In this document: piece after piece, positions 41,501 through 56,022 of the stretch
How the letters are laid out: the number at the start of each line of letters is the position of its first letter
How positions within the stretch are numbered: position 1 is the stretch's first letter
Assembly: GCA_012295275.1 (NCBI GenBank)
Contig: CM022671.1
Span: 30,070,001 to 30,134,000 of the forward strand
From: Chrysomallon squamiferum
Taxonomy: Eukaryota > Animalia > Mollusca
DNA: 64,000 nt
Direction: 5' to 3'
Translations under genes and position numbers: made by a program
The notes under the pieces: generated by a model
Databases searched by the model: none
What the model was told of the DNA's origin: nothing
The model's input: the letters and a program-made list of their open reading frames with translations, nothing else

Positions 41501-41939
41501 AGAGAGAAGCCTCTGAATATTCTGTAATAACTAAGATACAGTTATATACATGTTCATATAATCAGTGACTAAAAGTTACTTCTAAGGACAATATAGGTTG
41601 TAAGATGTTTTGGTCAGTCAGTAATAAATACAGTCAACAGTAAATTAATAAATATGAAGCTGGAAGTACGAGGTAGACGTGGGGTGAGGTTGCGTGACTG
41701 GTGCGTGACTGGTGCGTGACTTACTGCAGTATGAAGTCTCCTCAGCTGGACGAGTTTCTGTTCAGTCACGTAACTGGTTACAAGTTGACGTGTGTTTTTC
41801 TCGTCGGCGGGAAGTTCAGATAACAGATTTATTTTAATTACTTCTAGAAGTCCGTGGAATTTCAGGGTGAACGAGTGTGTGTATGTGTGTTACTCTACGA
41901 GAGAAGCGGAGAAATAGATATAGACAGTAAGAGAGAGAG

Positions 41940-42064
<125 letters not shown>

Positions 42065-43103
42065 GAGCAACAGGGATACAAACAATTCAAAGAGAGACAG
42101 AGAAATAGAGAAAAGGAGAGGAGAGGTAGACAAGACAAAGAGAGAGAGACAGATGCAGTATGATAATAGATGCAGACAGAAAGAGGAAGACAGATACAAG
42201 GAAAAAACAAAGATCGGGAAAGAGATATACGGAGAGAGAAAAACACTGTCGCGGGAAACGAGAAAGAGAATCAGCGAAAACTTGAGAGAGTGACGCAGAC
42301 AAAAAAAAAAAAAAAACCAGAGAATGGGAAATATTCGTTTTACGTGAAGTGCATCGGAGCAGAGTCTGTGAAGACGAAGCCGCAGACGAGGGCAAGATTT
42401 ATAACTCATTGGCATGCAACGCGGAGCAGGTGCGATTACCTGCTATCGTCGTTACATTACCTGGAGAAACGACGACCGTGCCGGGTCGCAAAGTGTTGAA
42501 GCGTCTACTTTTTACATGATACGCGATGCCTGGCGATTACCGGCAAGCTGATGGCGCCTTGTCAGGCAAACAGCTCCCACCGACCCTTTGATTCTCACCT
42601 GCGGAATGGAGTGTCTGTTTCATCCGACCTTTTTGTTGTTAGCACATCTGCGAACAATTCGCAGTTTCCTCTCAGTCAAAGCAAACATGTCTTAGCGCTA
42701 GCGTTCTCCGAAACCGATACATTTTAGACTAATTTGATAGCGCATTAAATGAATCAAAAAAAAAAAAAAAAAAAAAAAAAGGAAGGTAAAAAAATTGATA
42801 AGAAGAACGTAACAAAAACAAACATGACTGAGAAAAAGAAAGATAGGAGATAAATAATTGTTGTGTAAGGTAATCTTTCCTGTATCTTCTTCCTGTTCGT
42901 CTTCTTCTTCTTCTTCTTCTTATTATTATTATTAGTATTATTAGTATTATTACTATTATTGTTATGATCATCATCATCATCATTACTGTGGTTTTTTATT
43001 AATTAATTTATTTTGAATGTTATCATTATGTTACACATAATCTTGTTAGTATTCTTATCGATGACAATTTGTCATTTTTTACATTATTTTTATAACTGTT
43101 ACG

Positions 43104-43142
<39 letters not shown>

Positions 43143-43528
43143 TTTGCAATTTGTCATCAGTGTTCGTTCTTTTTGTTTTCTTTTGGCCTATTTATCTATG
43201 TCATCTTTACAAAAGCATTCTTTGCTGCTGTAATATCTTTAATGTTGTATCGATTCACAAGTGGTCTTTATATACGAGCTATAAGTGATCTCCATTTGTA
43301 ACAATAATACCAACTGTAGTTAAATGATGACTTTTACAGTTTGCTTTTATAATAAGGGAGTAACAATTTTAATTGTTCAGAAATAATAAATCTGTATGTC
43401 TGTATGTGTGTATGTATGTGTGTGCGTATGTATGTATGTATGTATGTATGTATGTATGTGTGTATGTGTGAATTAAATGTGTGTGTGTGTTTGTGATGTG
43501 TATGTGTATGTGTATGTGTGTGTATATA

Positions 43529-43738
43529 CAGGGTGGTCTAAAAGTAGGTGGACAGTATGTGGGTTAGGGTTATATTATTACAATGGTGTTCATTATAACT
43601 ATGGCATTTGTACTATATTATTTAAAATATTATAACTACAATTATTTAAACTGAATACTGTCCATCTACTTTTGGAGTGAATATAATTGTATATGCAATC
43701 TCAAAATAAATGTTATCACCTACTTTTGGACCACCCTC
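43529..43738. mobile_element. Tc1/mariner-type MITE (~210 bp) inserted in a (TG/TA)n tract
   Basis: TA|CAGGGTGGTCTAAAAGTAGGTG ... CACCTACTTTTGGACCACCCT terminal inverted repeats. There is an extra internal inverted TIR-derived copy at ~43655-43676 and no ORF. Confidence 0.75.
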
Positions 43739-43859
43739 TGTGTGTGTGTGTGTGTGTGTGTGTATATGCATGCTTGTATGCGTGTATATGCTTATATGTA
43801 TCTATGTATGTATGATTAATTTTTAAATATTTTTTTATCATTTATTTTTTATTTATTTA

Positions 43860-43898
<39 letters not shown>

Positions 43899-43944
43899 CT
43901 ATCATTATTATTATTATTATGATTATTATTATTATTATTATCTA

Positions 43945-43993
<49 letters not shown>

Positions 43994-44016
43994 GATTATT
44001 ATTATTATTATTATAA

Positions 44017-44063
<47 letters not shown>

Positions 44064-45446
44064 GATTTCTAAAGATACATTATTTATAATCAAAGTAAAT
44101 TCCTGACGCCTTAAGTTGCCTGACCTTTCATGGCCCCTGCGTGTTTCCTTGTTTGTATTAACTTGTTGCGTTGATTGATGTGTCTCTTTCGTAGTCACGT
44201 TTGATTGATTGTTTATTGGATGGGGCATCAAACTACAGCAGCTTTCTCTTATTAATGTGTTAAAATACCTGGCCATTGTCTCGTCAGTTTGATGTAACCC
44301 TTAACGCTTCAGTGAACGTGTCGCTGCTAGCACGGGTAGCTTTGTAATGAGGAGACATTTTTTTACTCCGATTTTTATTTATTTATTTATTTATTTACTT
44401 CCTTCTTTCCTTCCTTCCTTCCTTCTTTACTTACTTACTTCCTAACTTATGTATGTATGTATGTATGTATGTATGTATGTATGTATGTATGTATGTATGT
44501 ATGTATGTATATATGTGTGTATGTATGTATGTATTTATTTATTTATTTAATTTGTTGGTTGTTTGTTTATTTATCTTATTATTTTTCCTGTTATTTCGTC
44601 TTCTTTTTCATCTTCTTCTCATGATGCTAATAATTATTATTATTGTTGTTGTTGTTGTTGTTTTGCCGTTATGTTATAAAACATAAAAACAATTTTTATA
44701 AGAGGTTTGAAAAAAAAATATATATAAAAAATATATATATAAAAATGCATAGATCATTAATCTAAAATTTACGGATATAAATATACAGACACATTATGTA
44801 CAAGACAGACAGACAGACAGACTGAGAGACGCACCCATCCACCCACCGAGACAGACGCACCCACTTACACACATTTCAGTGTCAGTCACAAAGACAGATA
44901 AACATCGATAAATCATTAATTCACAGACATCGACGACAAACTACTTAATAACAGTTTAACAACAAAGCCTACATCTCGCAAAGAAACATACATACTTACA
45001 TACATATATACATATATATTAAAGTGCAAGTACATTAAAAAGTATTAAAGAAAAGAAAAAGAAAAAGAAAGACTTCGAAATGAAAGCGAAATCGACACTT
45101 AATGAAGCGTGATTTTTCTTCCCAGATTCTAGAAATGTGTATTGGAAACAGACAGACGGGTCTACTGCCCGGGGTGTTTAACTGACATTCAATACAACTT
45201 GTCAGTTGCCAGCCCAGTAGGTCAAACACGCCGTTACGCCCTCGTGTCGGTCACAGTCCACTGAAATGTACAACTGACATCACAGCCAGGAGAAACGTAT
45301 TAAAATTCCTGTCAAGTTCTCATTAGTGTTGATGGTGCTTTGTTGATTAAGTGGATGATTATGAGAAGAACTGTAGTGTAGCAGACTAATAAAAATTCTA
45401 ATCGTAAGATCAATAACCTAATAATGATGATGATGATGATGAAATA

Positions 45447-45487
<41 letters not shown>

Positions 45488-47232
45488 TAATTAAAATAAT
45501 AACAACAACAACAACGAAATAATACTATTAAAATCAGTGACAAAACAATAACTCTGTTTATGAGTCACCATCATTATCAAATCTTTATTTATGTTTGTTT
45601 ATTTATTTATTTCAATCTTCCTTTCTTTCTTTCTTTCTTTCTGTCTTTATTTATTTATTTATAGCCTCAGTTTTGCTTTCATAAAAGAAAAGAATGTTGA
45701 GAATTGAAAGATTCAAACTACATTAAAACTGACTGAAAGTTTTTGTGAAGTAGCTAGATTTAAAAATAAAATTTATATTTATAATGATAAAACAAACAAG
45801 CAAGAAAACAGACAAACAACCAAACAAACAAACAACCAAAGAAAAATAAATAAACAAAAATAAACGAAATACTTTACGCTATACGAAAAACTCCATTATT
45901 CTGTTACTTTTATTTATTTCTTTCCTGTTTTTAAGACTGTTTTTGGAAACGCTTCCATTGTAATTTTTCACTGTACCGTTATACAACAGTATGTATCAAT
46001 TACATTCAAATTACTTTTTCATGAAATTAACATTTTTTCTCTCGCGTTTCATCCTCATTTGCATAATTGTTTCATACATCAGACAACCTCCAATGCCCTT
46101 TCCCGTAGATATTTATAGAATTTAAATAGTAACAGTAATAATAATAATAGTAATAGCACGAGTTATAATAAAATGAAATAAAAAGTATAAATAAAATAAA
46201 ATAAAATAAAGTAGTATTACTAATAGTAATAAATAAATAATAAATAATAAATAATAAAATAAATTATTAAATTAAAACAAAACAAAACAAAAATTATAGT
46301 AAATATCTGTACTATTTCACTATTATTAATATTTTTATTAATATTATTATTATTATTGTTGTTGTTGTTGTTATTATTAATATTATTTTTATTATTCTTA
46401 TTGTTGTTGTTGTTTTTGTTGTTGGTATTATTATTATTGTTATTAGTATTATTATATTTATTTTAACTTGCAGCCTGTCATTAACGACTAAAAGTCCACG
46501 CTAGTAAATAAATCATATGTTTACAGTTGGTTTGACGACTTCAAACAAATCGGTCACGCGTCACTTCGCTCGTTCGTTGTGATGCTATTTTATATACCCT
46601 CGGCAACAGGATTATTAATTTTTACCTGTGCCGTACTCGTCGAGATATACCATGACACGGCCCGCTGTGTGGCGGTTTCTTGGGTACACCCACAATCCCG
46701 TGGGATTCGCGGGGTCACAGCTTAACATGGTTTCCTAGCGTTCTGTTGAAAAAGAAATACACTTTTACAACGATTAGGAAAATGACAGTGGTGATTATCG
46801 TGGTTTTTGAGTGTGATAGTAGTAGTAGTAGTAGTAGTAGTAAAAATTAAATATTATTAATTAAAACAGTTTCCATAACAATACATCTGAATGTACTCAA
46901 AAACCCACCTGTGTGTCTATCAAAACTGGTCACCTCTTTGTTAACCTGACGCACAAACAAACCAAACTAAGGTGTCCGCAAGTTTACTTGTTTCTGAACC
47001 CAAGGTGCATAAATAATTTACCAGGACTTTCTGTAAGCACCCTTAAAGCTTGTGAAAAGACTGGAAAGTAGGGATCTGGTTACAGTGTATTATGTCTGAC
47101 GGTATCTAGTGGCGTAGTAAAATCTACAGAACCTGTCACCTACCGCGCGACTCGGGATGCGCCGGTACACAGCCGTCAACGTAGTTTGTCTCGCAGAGTC
47201 AATCGACTGAAACACGGAGGAGGAAAAAAAAG

Positions 47233-47737
47233 CTGTTACGTTTACAGTTTCTGTGACTTGAGACTGTGGGAGATTTTAACTACTGTTTTTATAGATACTG
47301 CTATTTACCACTGCTCCTACTACCACCACTATTACTGCTGCTACTACTACCACTATTACTACTGCTGTAACTACTGCTACTACTACCACCACTATTTCTA
47401 CTGCTACTACTACCATCACTATTACTAGTGCTCCTACTACCATCACTATTACTTCTGCTACTAGTACCACTACTATTAGTACTGCTACTACTACCACCAT
47501 TATTACTAGTGCTACTAGTACCACTACTATTAGTACTGCTACTACTACCACCATTATTACTATTGTTGCTACTACCACTGCTATTACTACTGCTAGTACC
47601 ATCACTATTACTACTACTACTAGTACCACCACTATTACTAGTACCATCACTATTTCTACTCTGCTGTTACATTTATGGTGTCTATGACTAGAGACTTGTG
47701 GGAGATTGACTACTGTTGCTGTTTTTGTAAATACTAC
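47233..47737. repeat. ~70-bp direct repeat (47233-47300, 47664-47737) bracketing a degenerate (ACT/ACC/GCT)n tract
   Basis: ctgttacgtttacagtttctgtgacttgagactgtgggagattttaactactgtt vs ctgttacatttatggtgtctatgactagagacttgtgggagattgactactgtt. Confidence 0.75.
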
Positions 47738-48391
47738 AACTTTGTAACTACAACCACCACTACGAAATCTTCTATAGCTAATATATATTTTTTTTTTTTG
47801 GCTATTTATCTTTGTTTTTGACCCCCATTGGCTGTGTACTTTTATTTAACATCTTGTTATATTATATACCTTTGATTTTTCATTTTAATGGTTAATTTTA
47901 TTAATGTCTTTCCTATGTAATAGTTTACATTAAATATATACATAGATATATATATATAAATTCTGCAAACAATAAATAGCAGCACGATACGATGGCTAGA
48001 TACATTTTATAATCTTTTTTTCGTTTACTGACCAAATAAAAAGTCTTTTTGGTACTGAACTATTTTTAATTGGATAAATTAATTGCTAATTGCATATATA
48101 TTGTTCAAAGTTACATCTTTGATGTTTAACTCCAAGTTTAGTTCTTAAAAGTCAATATTTGAAATAATTTTCTTTAAAACAAATAACAAATACATGTTTG
48201 TTATTTAAGAACTATTTTGTTTTGCTGTATAGTTTTTGTTGGTGACAACAATCTAGAACTCTCTACAGCGATGAGCTGAGAAATAAAACAGTTATTTTCA
48301 TTTAGTTTGTGTATTAATTAGGACTGCAGGATAAAGTATTTATCTTAATACAGTAACCAGTTATTCCCTCTTTCTGTCTCTCCACACACAC

Positions 48392-48448
<57 letters not shown>

Positions 48449-48563
48449 GATTCCAGATTTCATCTCACAGAATTTCACAACGTCCAGTCATAGCCAATCT
48501 TTTTCGAGACCAGGCGCTTTACTAAAACAACCAACAACATTTTAATAAAGATTATTTTACTCC

Positions 48564-48616
48564 TGAAATTAGACGTCATTCAGAAAGCCCCACGGGCCGC
48601 AGTTTGTTCGTGACTG
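48564..48616 (-). mobile_element. Terminus of the same hAT/Charlie-like family, inverted
   Basis: Reverse complement CAGTCACGAACAAACTGCGGCCCGTGGGGCTTTCTGAATGACGTCTAATTTCA aligns with 56023-56077. Flanked by GTCTAGGC. Confidence 0.6.
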
Positions 48617-50131
48617 GTCTAGGCAATATGCATATAATAACAATACTGAATTCTTCTCATAACAGCTTTACAGAATCATATAACTAGTCAATATGCTGTC
48701 AGTGCGTGTTTCTCATTGTTGTACCAGTACAAAATCACAACATTCAATAACCGTTAATTCAAAAATGTGCTCAGATGTCGCTAACCCAACAGTCATTCTC
48801 TTCATTTCTTTCATTCTTTGCCTACGTATTTACTCTTACATTTTCGTTATCTTTCTTCAGCTATTTTTTCATACCTCTGTGCAAAATGCTTCGTTTGTTA
48901 TATTAAATTTTCAAGTTGTTACGGTTCTCTTGTCAAAGGCAAGTATGGTCGACTTAAAAGCCACCGACGGAAATGTTTTTCTAATTAATCAATTTTCCGA
49001 GTTCCTTTCTCTTTCCCGCCAATATGAGCAACAACCGAATTCGTTTGAAGTGCTGCGCATAAAAAAAGCATCGTATCGCGGGCAATATTGACGAGGATGA
49101 GTGGCCCAATCTATTGCAATATTTACGAAATCCGCCATCTTTTCATTGCGTTTATCATTAGCTTCTTTTTGGAAAATTTGTTTTCTCAATAAACACCGAA
49201 CGTCTGGTCGTCAAATAATCCTTAACGAAATCCCCAGACGTAACAAACCGAACGGTGTAAGGTTGAAAGAGAAAATCGCGTGATTAAGTTAAGCTTCAGA
49301 TTCAATATTTGTTTTTATTTTAGCGAGGCGATTGCACGTGTTTTCTGCACATTAAACGGTTTACGATCTGACTGCTGTTTCATTAAGAGCGAGCTTTTAA
49401 CTGGATCGGCGGACACAAAAGTTCTTTTCAGTTCATCTTGTTTCAGACCATCTCTCTGATTCGCCACTTCATGTTTAGAGTCTGGATGTAAAGTATAAAC
49501 TTTAAAGTTAGGCCAAATCATTTTATATTATAAAATGTCTGCTATATTATAATTTATTGAACTATATTATATATTGTATTGTATTGTATTGTATTGTATT
49601 GTATTGTATTGTATTGTATTGTATTATATTATATTATATTATATTATATTATATTATATTATATTGTATTATATTATATTATATTATATCATATTATATT
49701 ATATAAGATATCATATTATAATTAGTATCGTATCATATCCTACCCTATCTGGTACCATATGTTTTATACTACATTGCCGTACTGTATTTTACATTATATA
49801 TATATATATATATTTCATTACGTTAAATTGGTGTTGTTGTTTATTTATTTATTATTATTTTTTGTTACTGTCAATAAATAGTGTTTTGCATATTAAATCG
49901 GACTAAAATGTTAAGAAATTATTTTCCAGTTAAAACAACACCCACCATTATGCTATGGCATAACAGTCTACAACATTTCACGCTATTTTTCTTTCAAGCT
50001 AAGCTTTTCATGTCATACCATATCAACATACAACATTTCAGACGTATACACAGAGCAAAGCAATAATTATCCATAAAGCTTTGGGACGGATTTCTAGATT
50101 ATCCGGTTTTCAGGAAAAAGGTTATAATATG

Positions 50132-50351
50132 TAATTAAAATAAAACAGATACAAATTAATAGACTTCTAAAGATGCTTTTTAGAAACTTGAAAAATTGTC
50201 TGATATCTGTATCCGCTATCATATTTATATATTATCCCAATGTTTAACATTTCAGACAGTTTTAAGACATAAAACCTTAACTTCTACAGGTTCAGCGGCT
50301 CTGTAGCATTTCAGAATTTTACACCATATAGCGTATTGATAAAAGCGGGTA
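50132..50351 (+). repeat. Left arm of ~220-bp inverted repeat (partner 53372-53593)
   Basis: Hand alignment to the reverse complement of 53372-53593 gives about 12 differences (10 substitutions, 2 one-nt indels) in ~221 nt. The sequence is complex, not microsatellite. Confidence 0.95.
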
Positions 50352-51158
50352 CCAAAATGAAAAAAACACACACAAAAAACACCCAGGTAATTGAACTGGT
50401 TTCTTTTCATTACATGTACTTTTGTTTGGCTGACTCGTATATACTGACTGTGTGCACGAAGGACAGAAGATGGAATCATGAAGGTGAAAGAGAAACAAAA
50501 AATAATTTTTTGGTTCAGATTTACAAAAACATGCGCCTTTTTTGTGTGTGTGTGTGTCTGTACGTGTATGTGTGTGATTATATATATATATATAAATAAA
50601 TGTGTGTGTGGTTAGTATATACTATATGTATGTATGTATGCATATGTATTTGTGTAGCTGTGTATACATACATATATATATATATGTATGTATGTACGTA
50701 CGTATGTATATGTGTTTGTGTTTGGCTGTGTATATTATATACTGTATGAATATATATATATATATATATATATATCAACTATGTATGTATATCTTTATTA
50801 ATGAGTAAATATCTATCATCAGTGAAAAATAAACGTACAATAACGTTTTCATTCAGTTTGCTGTTGACTTGAAAATTATCACTGCTGTTTATCTAGAACA
50901 CTTGAACAAACGTGTTAACAATGGTAAACATGACTTGAGTTATTTCAGTTTTCACATTTAACGGACGACGGATTCCCACAACCGTTAAAAGGATATATCG
51001 TTTGTCTGGGATGACAAGCAAATCCATTTAAAACGATTAAAGGATTTCTTAGAAATATGGGAAGGATTAACGAAACTGTATGTTACAGTGCTCTAGGTGC
51101 GAAATTCTACTCCATTTTTACCTGAGACATTTTTCTAACCGTGAATTTAGAGCAGTAA

Positions 51159-51205
<47 letters not shown>

Positions 51206-51711
51206 ATTAATAAATAAATAAATAAACAAACAAACAAACAAAAAACAAACAAACAAATAAAAATAGCTAATGTAGAGTAATGATAAATAATATAATAAAT
51301 AAATTAATTAATTAATAATAGAGTAATAATAATTAATAAAAAAAATTAAATTAACAAACAAAAGAAGAAGAACAACAACAATAACAATAATATATATATA
51401 TAAAAAAAAGAATATTAGACTAAAACGAAAACAAATCATCCCTGCTTCCATAGGAATATTTCTGCTTTCCTGTTTATGGAAGGGTGCATCTAAAATATGA
51501 CTTTCTGCTAACAGTAACCCACGGAGTCACAGCAGATAGCTTCCATTAGGTCATGTTTGACACTCAATAATCATTACAACAAAATTTGCTTAAATATCGT
51601 CAAACAAATTATATATACATATATGTATGTATGTATGTACGCATCGTACTGTTCAAATTCATTTTTGGCAGCCATATTGGTTTTAGCATCAGTTTCACGT
51701 TATTTACGACA

Positions 51712-51729
51712 GTGGCGCCCCCTGGTGTT
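51712..51729 (-). promoter_or_regulatory. CTCF-like motif, reverse (AACACCAGGGGGCGCCAC on the minus strand)
   Basis: 13/14 match to CCACCAGGGGGCGC; stands out in AT-rich intron 3. Confidence 0.6.
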
Positions 51730-52126
51730 TAATAATGTGAGCATTGTTATCGAACTGGTCCTTTAGCTGTCTACATTTTACATACGGGACATTTTCCTGG
51801 CGGGATACTCGCAGCATGCCTCAGCCGTTTACTTGAAATCTGTCTCGCAGAACAAACACATGCATCTCTCTGTCAGCTGTCAGTGGTCGCCTAGTTTATA
51901 TTCAGGTCCGGACCAACAAGACATCGTTTGAGAGAGGGGGAGAGGGGATAGGGGCCAGTTATTGGATACGTTATGTTTCTTTGTTAGTTTATATACTCTG
52001 AGTGAGTATGGATGGTATAAGTAAGGTTTGAATTTGAAAGAAAGATATTTAGCATTCGTAGTTTAAAAATTAAAAAAAAAAAAAAAAAAAAATTCCTGGC
52101 CGACTTCATGATCGTCATTCTCAATA

Positions 52127-52198
<72 letters not shown>

Positions 52199-52531
52199 TT
52201 CTTAAGTAAAATTTAAAGTATATCTTAACAGTAAAAGGTTTCGTTATATTATTATGTGTTTTTTTTGCTGTTCTTCTTTTTGGTTTTTCCCCCCCAGTGA
52301 CGCCATAAATAAGAGCAAAAAATATGATACAAAAAAAATGACATAAGCTAAGGCAACACATCTAGAGCCTCCCTGAAAATGTACAAATAATTGTACCCGG
52401 TGTAAACCGAGTTTTGATTCAGATGTGTGTGGTATACACTAGTGATAGAGGATTTATCACTTGACACGACAATTATTTATCATTTAAGTAAAACAGGTAA
52501 TCCGATCAACTTCAATATATATATGCATATA

Positions 52532-52607
<76 letters not shown>

Positions 52608-52782
52608 TGTGTGTTTGTGTGTGTGTACAAAAGATTATGAGGTAAAAATTAATATTGGCAAATTCTCAGTTTTAAGTCAAATTTAAAAGACAAGTTTTAA
52701 AAATTATATGAAATATTGCGTGTTCTTCATTTATTTTATTTCATTTTATTTCATTTTTTCCTTTTATTTTCTTTTTCTTTAG

Positions 52783-52820
<38 letters not shown>

Positions 52821-53371
52821 GAAGAAAAAAGAAACAGAAAATATGAATTTAAAAAAAAAAAGAAAAAAAAAAAAAAAGACCAGTGAATACTTAATCATTT
52901 ATGAATTATTCGAGACACATAAAATTTAATACTTTCTTACCGTACTTTTAATAATTAATACTTTTATTATAACAAACCGGCCATACTTACAGAGCGACAA
53001 GCAGGTACAAGAAAGGACAAAAACGGAGGTAAACTCATTCCATTTCTAAAGTCGAGAGACGTGTATCTGTTTCCTCGTTGAAACGGCTGAAGATTACGAC
53101 GGACGTAAATTACCACCTACTTACTTACATTAAACTTAATGTGTTGGCGTCAACCGGTAAATTAACCTATTCACTAATTGATAAATGGGATCACTTAATA
53201 CCATTTGTTGTACAAGGCTTCAGTTATCTCGTAGTTCTTAAAGAAAAGGACAAAAAAAAAAAAAAAAAAAGAAGAAGAAAAAGAAAAAAGTTTAATGGAC
53301 AGTTAGATACAATTATGTATTGTAAAATGATTTATAAAAATAATGGCTAATGCCTGAATAAAATAAAAGAA

Positions 53372-53593
53372 TACCCGCTTATTATCAATACGCTACATGG
53401 TGTAACATTCTGAAATACTACAGAGCCGCTGAACATGTAGAAGTTACGGTTTTATGTCTTAAAACTGTCTGAAATGTTAAACATTGGGATAATATATAAA
53501 TATGACAGCCGGATACAGATATCAGACAATTTATCCAGTTTCCAAAAAGCATCTTTAGAAGTCTGTTAATTTGTATCTGTTTTATTTTAATTA
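53372..53593 (-). repeat. Right arm of ~220-bp inverted repeat (partner 50132-50351)
   Basis: Reverse complement begins taattaaaataaaacagatacaaattaa and ends gtattgataataagcgggta, matching the left arm. Confidence 0.95.
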
Positions 53594-54167
53594 TTTTATT
53601 ATTAATGATGACTGAATGTCATATACACAAACTGACAGACAGCTAGACAGACAGACAGTCAGACAGACAGAAAGAGCATTAGGTGGTTTAAATGATATAA
53701 TGATTATTGTCATCCCAAAATATCAACAGGTGAATCTGTATGTGGTGTGTACTTATATATTTGCTCTTCTTCTTCTTCTTTTTTCTTCTGCCCAATGACG
53801 CCATAAATAAGAGCATGCATATATATACAAAATTAAAAAAATATAATAAAAATAACTATCATATTTCTTACGTGAAATGTTTTCCAACTTAATGGCTTTT
53901 GCCGAGCATAAACACTGTAATTATGTAGCTAATGTAGCGTACGTTATAGTTCGTATTAAACAATAAACTAGCAACGAGCAGCTCAATCCATTACTTAGCT
54001 ACTCAGTGACGTCATCAACAGATATTAATACTCATGCAGTAATGGCTTTTCCATATGTCGTCAGAAAGTGTGCAGTTCCGATCCTATGCCGTTATTACGT
54101 ATTTCCATTTTAAATCTATCCTTTCGACAGGCATAAAATTCGTTTAAAACCATTAGAAGCAATATAC

Positions 54168-54232
<65 letters not shown>

Positions 54233-54238
54233 GTTATT

Positions 54239-54540
54239 TTTTATAAATAATCTTCATTATTTATCCAGTTTAAAATCGTTCAGCTTACGTTTTGTGTGTT
54301 TTTGGGTGGGTTGTGTGTGCGTGTGTGCGTGTGTGTGTGTGTGCGTGTGTGTGTGTGAATATTGTTATTTTTTATAAATAATCTTCATTATTTATCCAGT
54401 TTAAAATCGTTCAGCTTACGTTTTGTGTGTTTTTGGTGGGTTGTGTGTGTGTGTGTGTGTAGATATTTTTTTTTTTTAATAAATAATTTCATTATTTATC
54501 CAGTTTAAGTTCGTTCTGCTTACGTTTTGTGTGTGTATGT
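54239..54540. repeat. ~105-130-bp tandem repeat, 3 copies, separated by (GT)n
   Basis: ataaataatcttcattatttatccagtttaaaatcgttcagcttacgttttgtgtg at ~54243, ~54375 and ~54478. Confidence 0.9.
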
Positions 54541-56022
54541 GTAGTTATTTATTTTTTATTACTATTGTTTTGTGAAATGTTTTTCTTTTTAAATCGAGAT
54601 TAAGCTATCTAGACGTATTTTGGTGCCTTTGTTTTGAATGTTTTATTTCTGTTTCTTTCCATGAAGGGGTGTTTATTCAGTTTGTGTTGTTTTGTTTATG
54701 TTTGTTTTCTCATCCATTTTCTATTTTTTATTATTATTTTTTTTTTTTCACTTTTGTTTATTTTTGTTCTTTTTTTAAAGAAATAAAAGACAAATCTGTC
54801 TGTCTCTCTGTCTGCCTACCTACATACGTACCTAAAAACCTACATACATACGTACAGACATCTTAATTACACTTCCCAAACATACTCTTTACTTCTACTT
54901 AATCATAAATTTCGTAACGGAGTAAACTAATAAATCAGTAAAAATGATGGAAAAGTGACAGTGAGTTTACAATTTTTACATTACTCACCATCTGCTTTCT
55001 GACTGACATTTTCGTCTGGTACATTTGTCAAGAACAATGGATCAATTGCCGAGAAGATTCTGCAAGTAAAAGAATTTATTACTTCTTTTTTCCTTAGACA
55101 GCAGACAAATGATACATTCTGTAGACGTGAACGGAAAGTAAATATCGATCTTTCAAGCTATATCTTTATGATGCCATTAAGAAAAGGGAAAGTTAGATAT
55201 AAAAAAAAGAAGAAAAATCATAATCGAGAATATTAGTTCTAGTATTCGTTAAATATATTCTTCTTGAATATAGTTGTCTGTGAGGATGATAGGGTATTTT
55301 TGGATGTGATTATGAACTGGCTGAAGTTTTTGAATTCTGGTTTTCTTTAACGAATACACACACAAACGTACGTAGATACATACGTATATAATACGTACAA
55401 ATATATCTACCTGCTTACTTACCTGCGTACGTAAATACATGCATACATAGACACCTGCACACATGCACACATATAAACATACGCACACATACACACATAC
55501 AATACATACGTACATATATACATATACACACACACATACTTTCATACATACACATAAACAGATACCAACACACATATACACATTATTTCACCAAAAATTA
55601 AACCGCCACTGCTTGTTAAGCATCATATTTCATCATTCCTGCCAGCCATTGTTATGGCAGTAGCTGACGCCTTTTTTAAAATATGTAATATCATGTTTGG
55701 TAAACACAGACTTGCTTTCAAAGATATTATAGCCAACATGTCACTACACCATGGCTACAAATCTCAGAACTGATATTTGTTATTTTTACCAGATTTTAAG
55801 CTGTTTTGTTGTCCTTTGTTTTCTTCAATTTTTGTCTCGTGTGTTGTTGTTTTTTTTTTTTGTTGTTGTTTTTTTGTTGATTTATTATACTGGATGGCAG
55901 AAGATTTAAATAATGTGACATATGTAATATTATATCTATCATCACCGAAAAACTAAAACTACAACAACGTTTTCATTCAGTTTACTGTTGACTTGAAAAT
56001 GGTCACTGCTATTTATCTAGAA

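Noticed and set aside
43561-43572. GGGTTAGGGTTA as an interstitial telomere
   Set aside because: Only two units, located inside a MITE.
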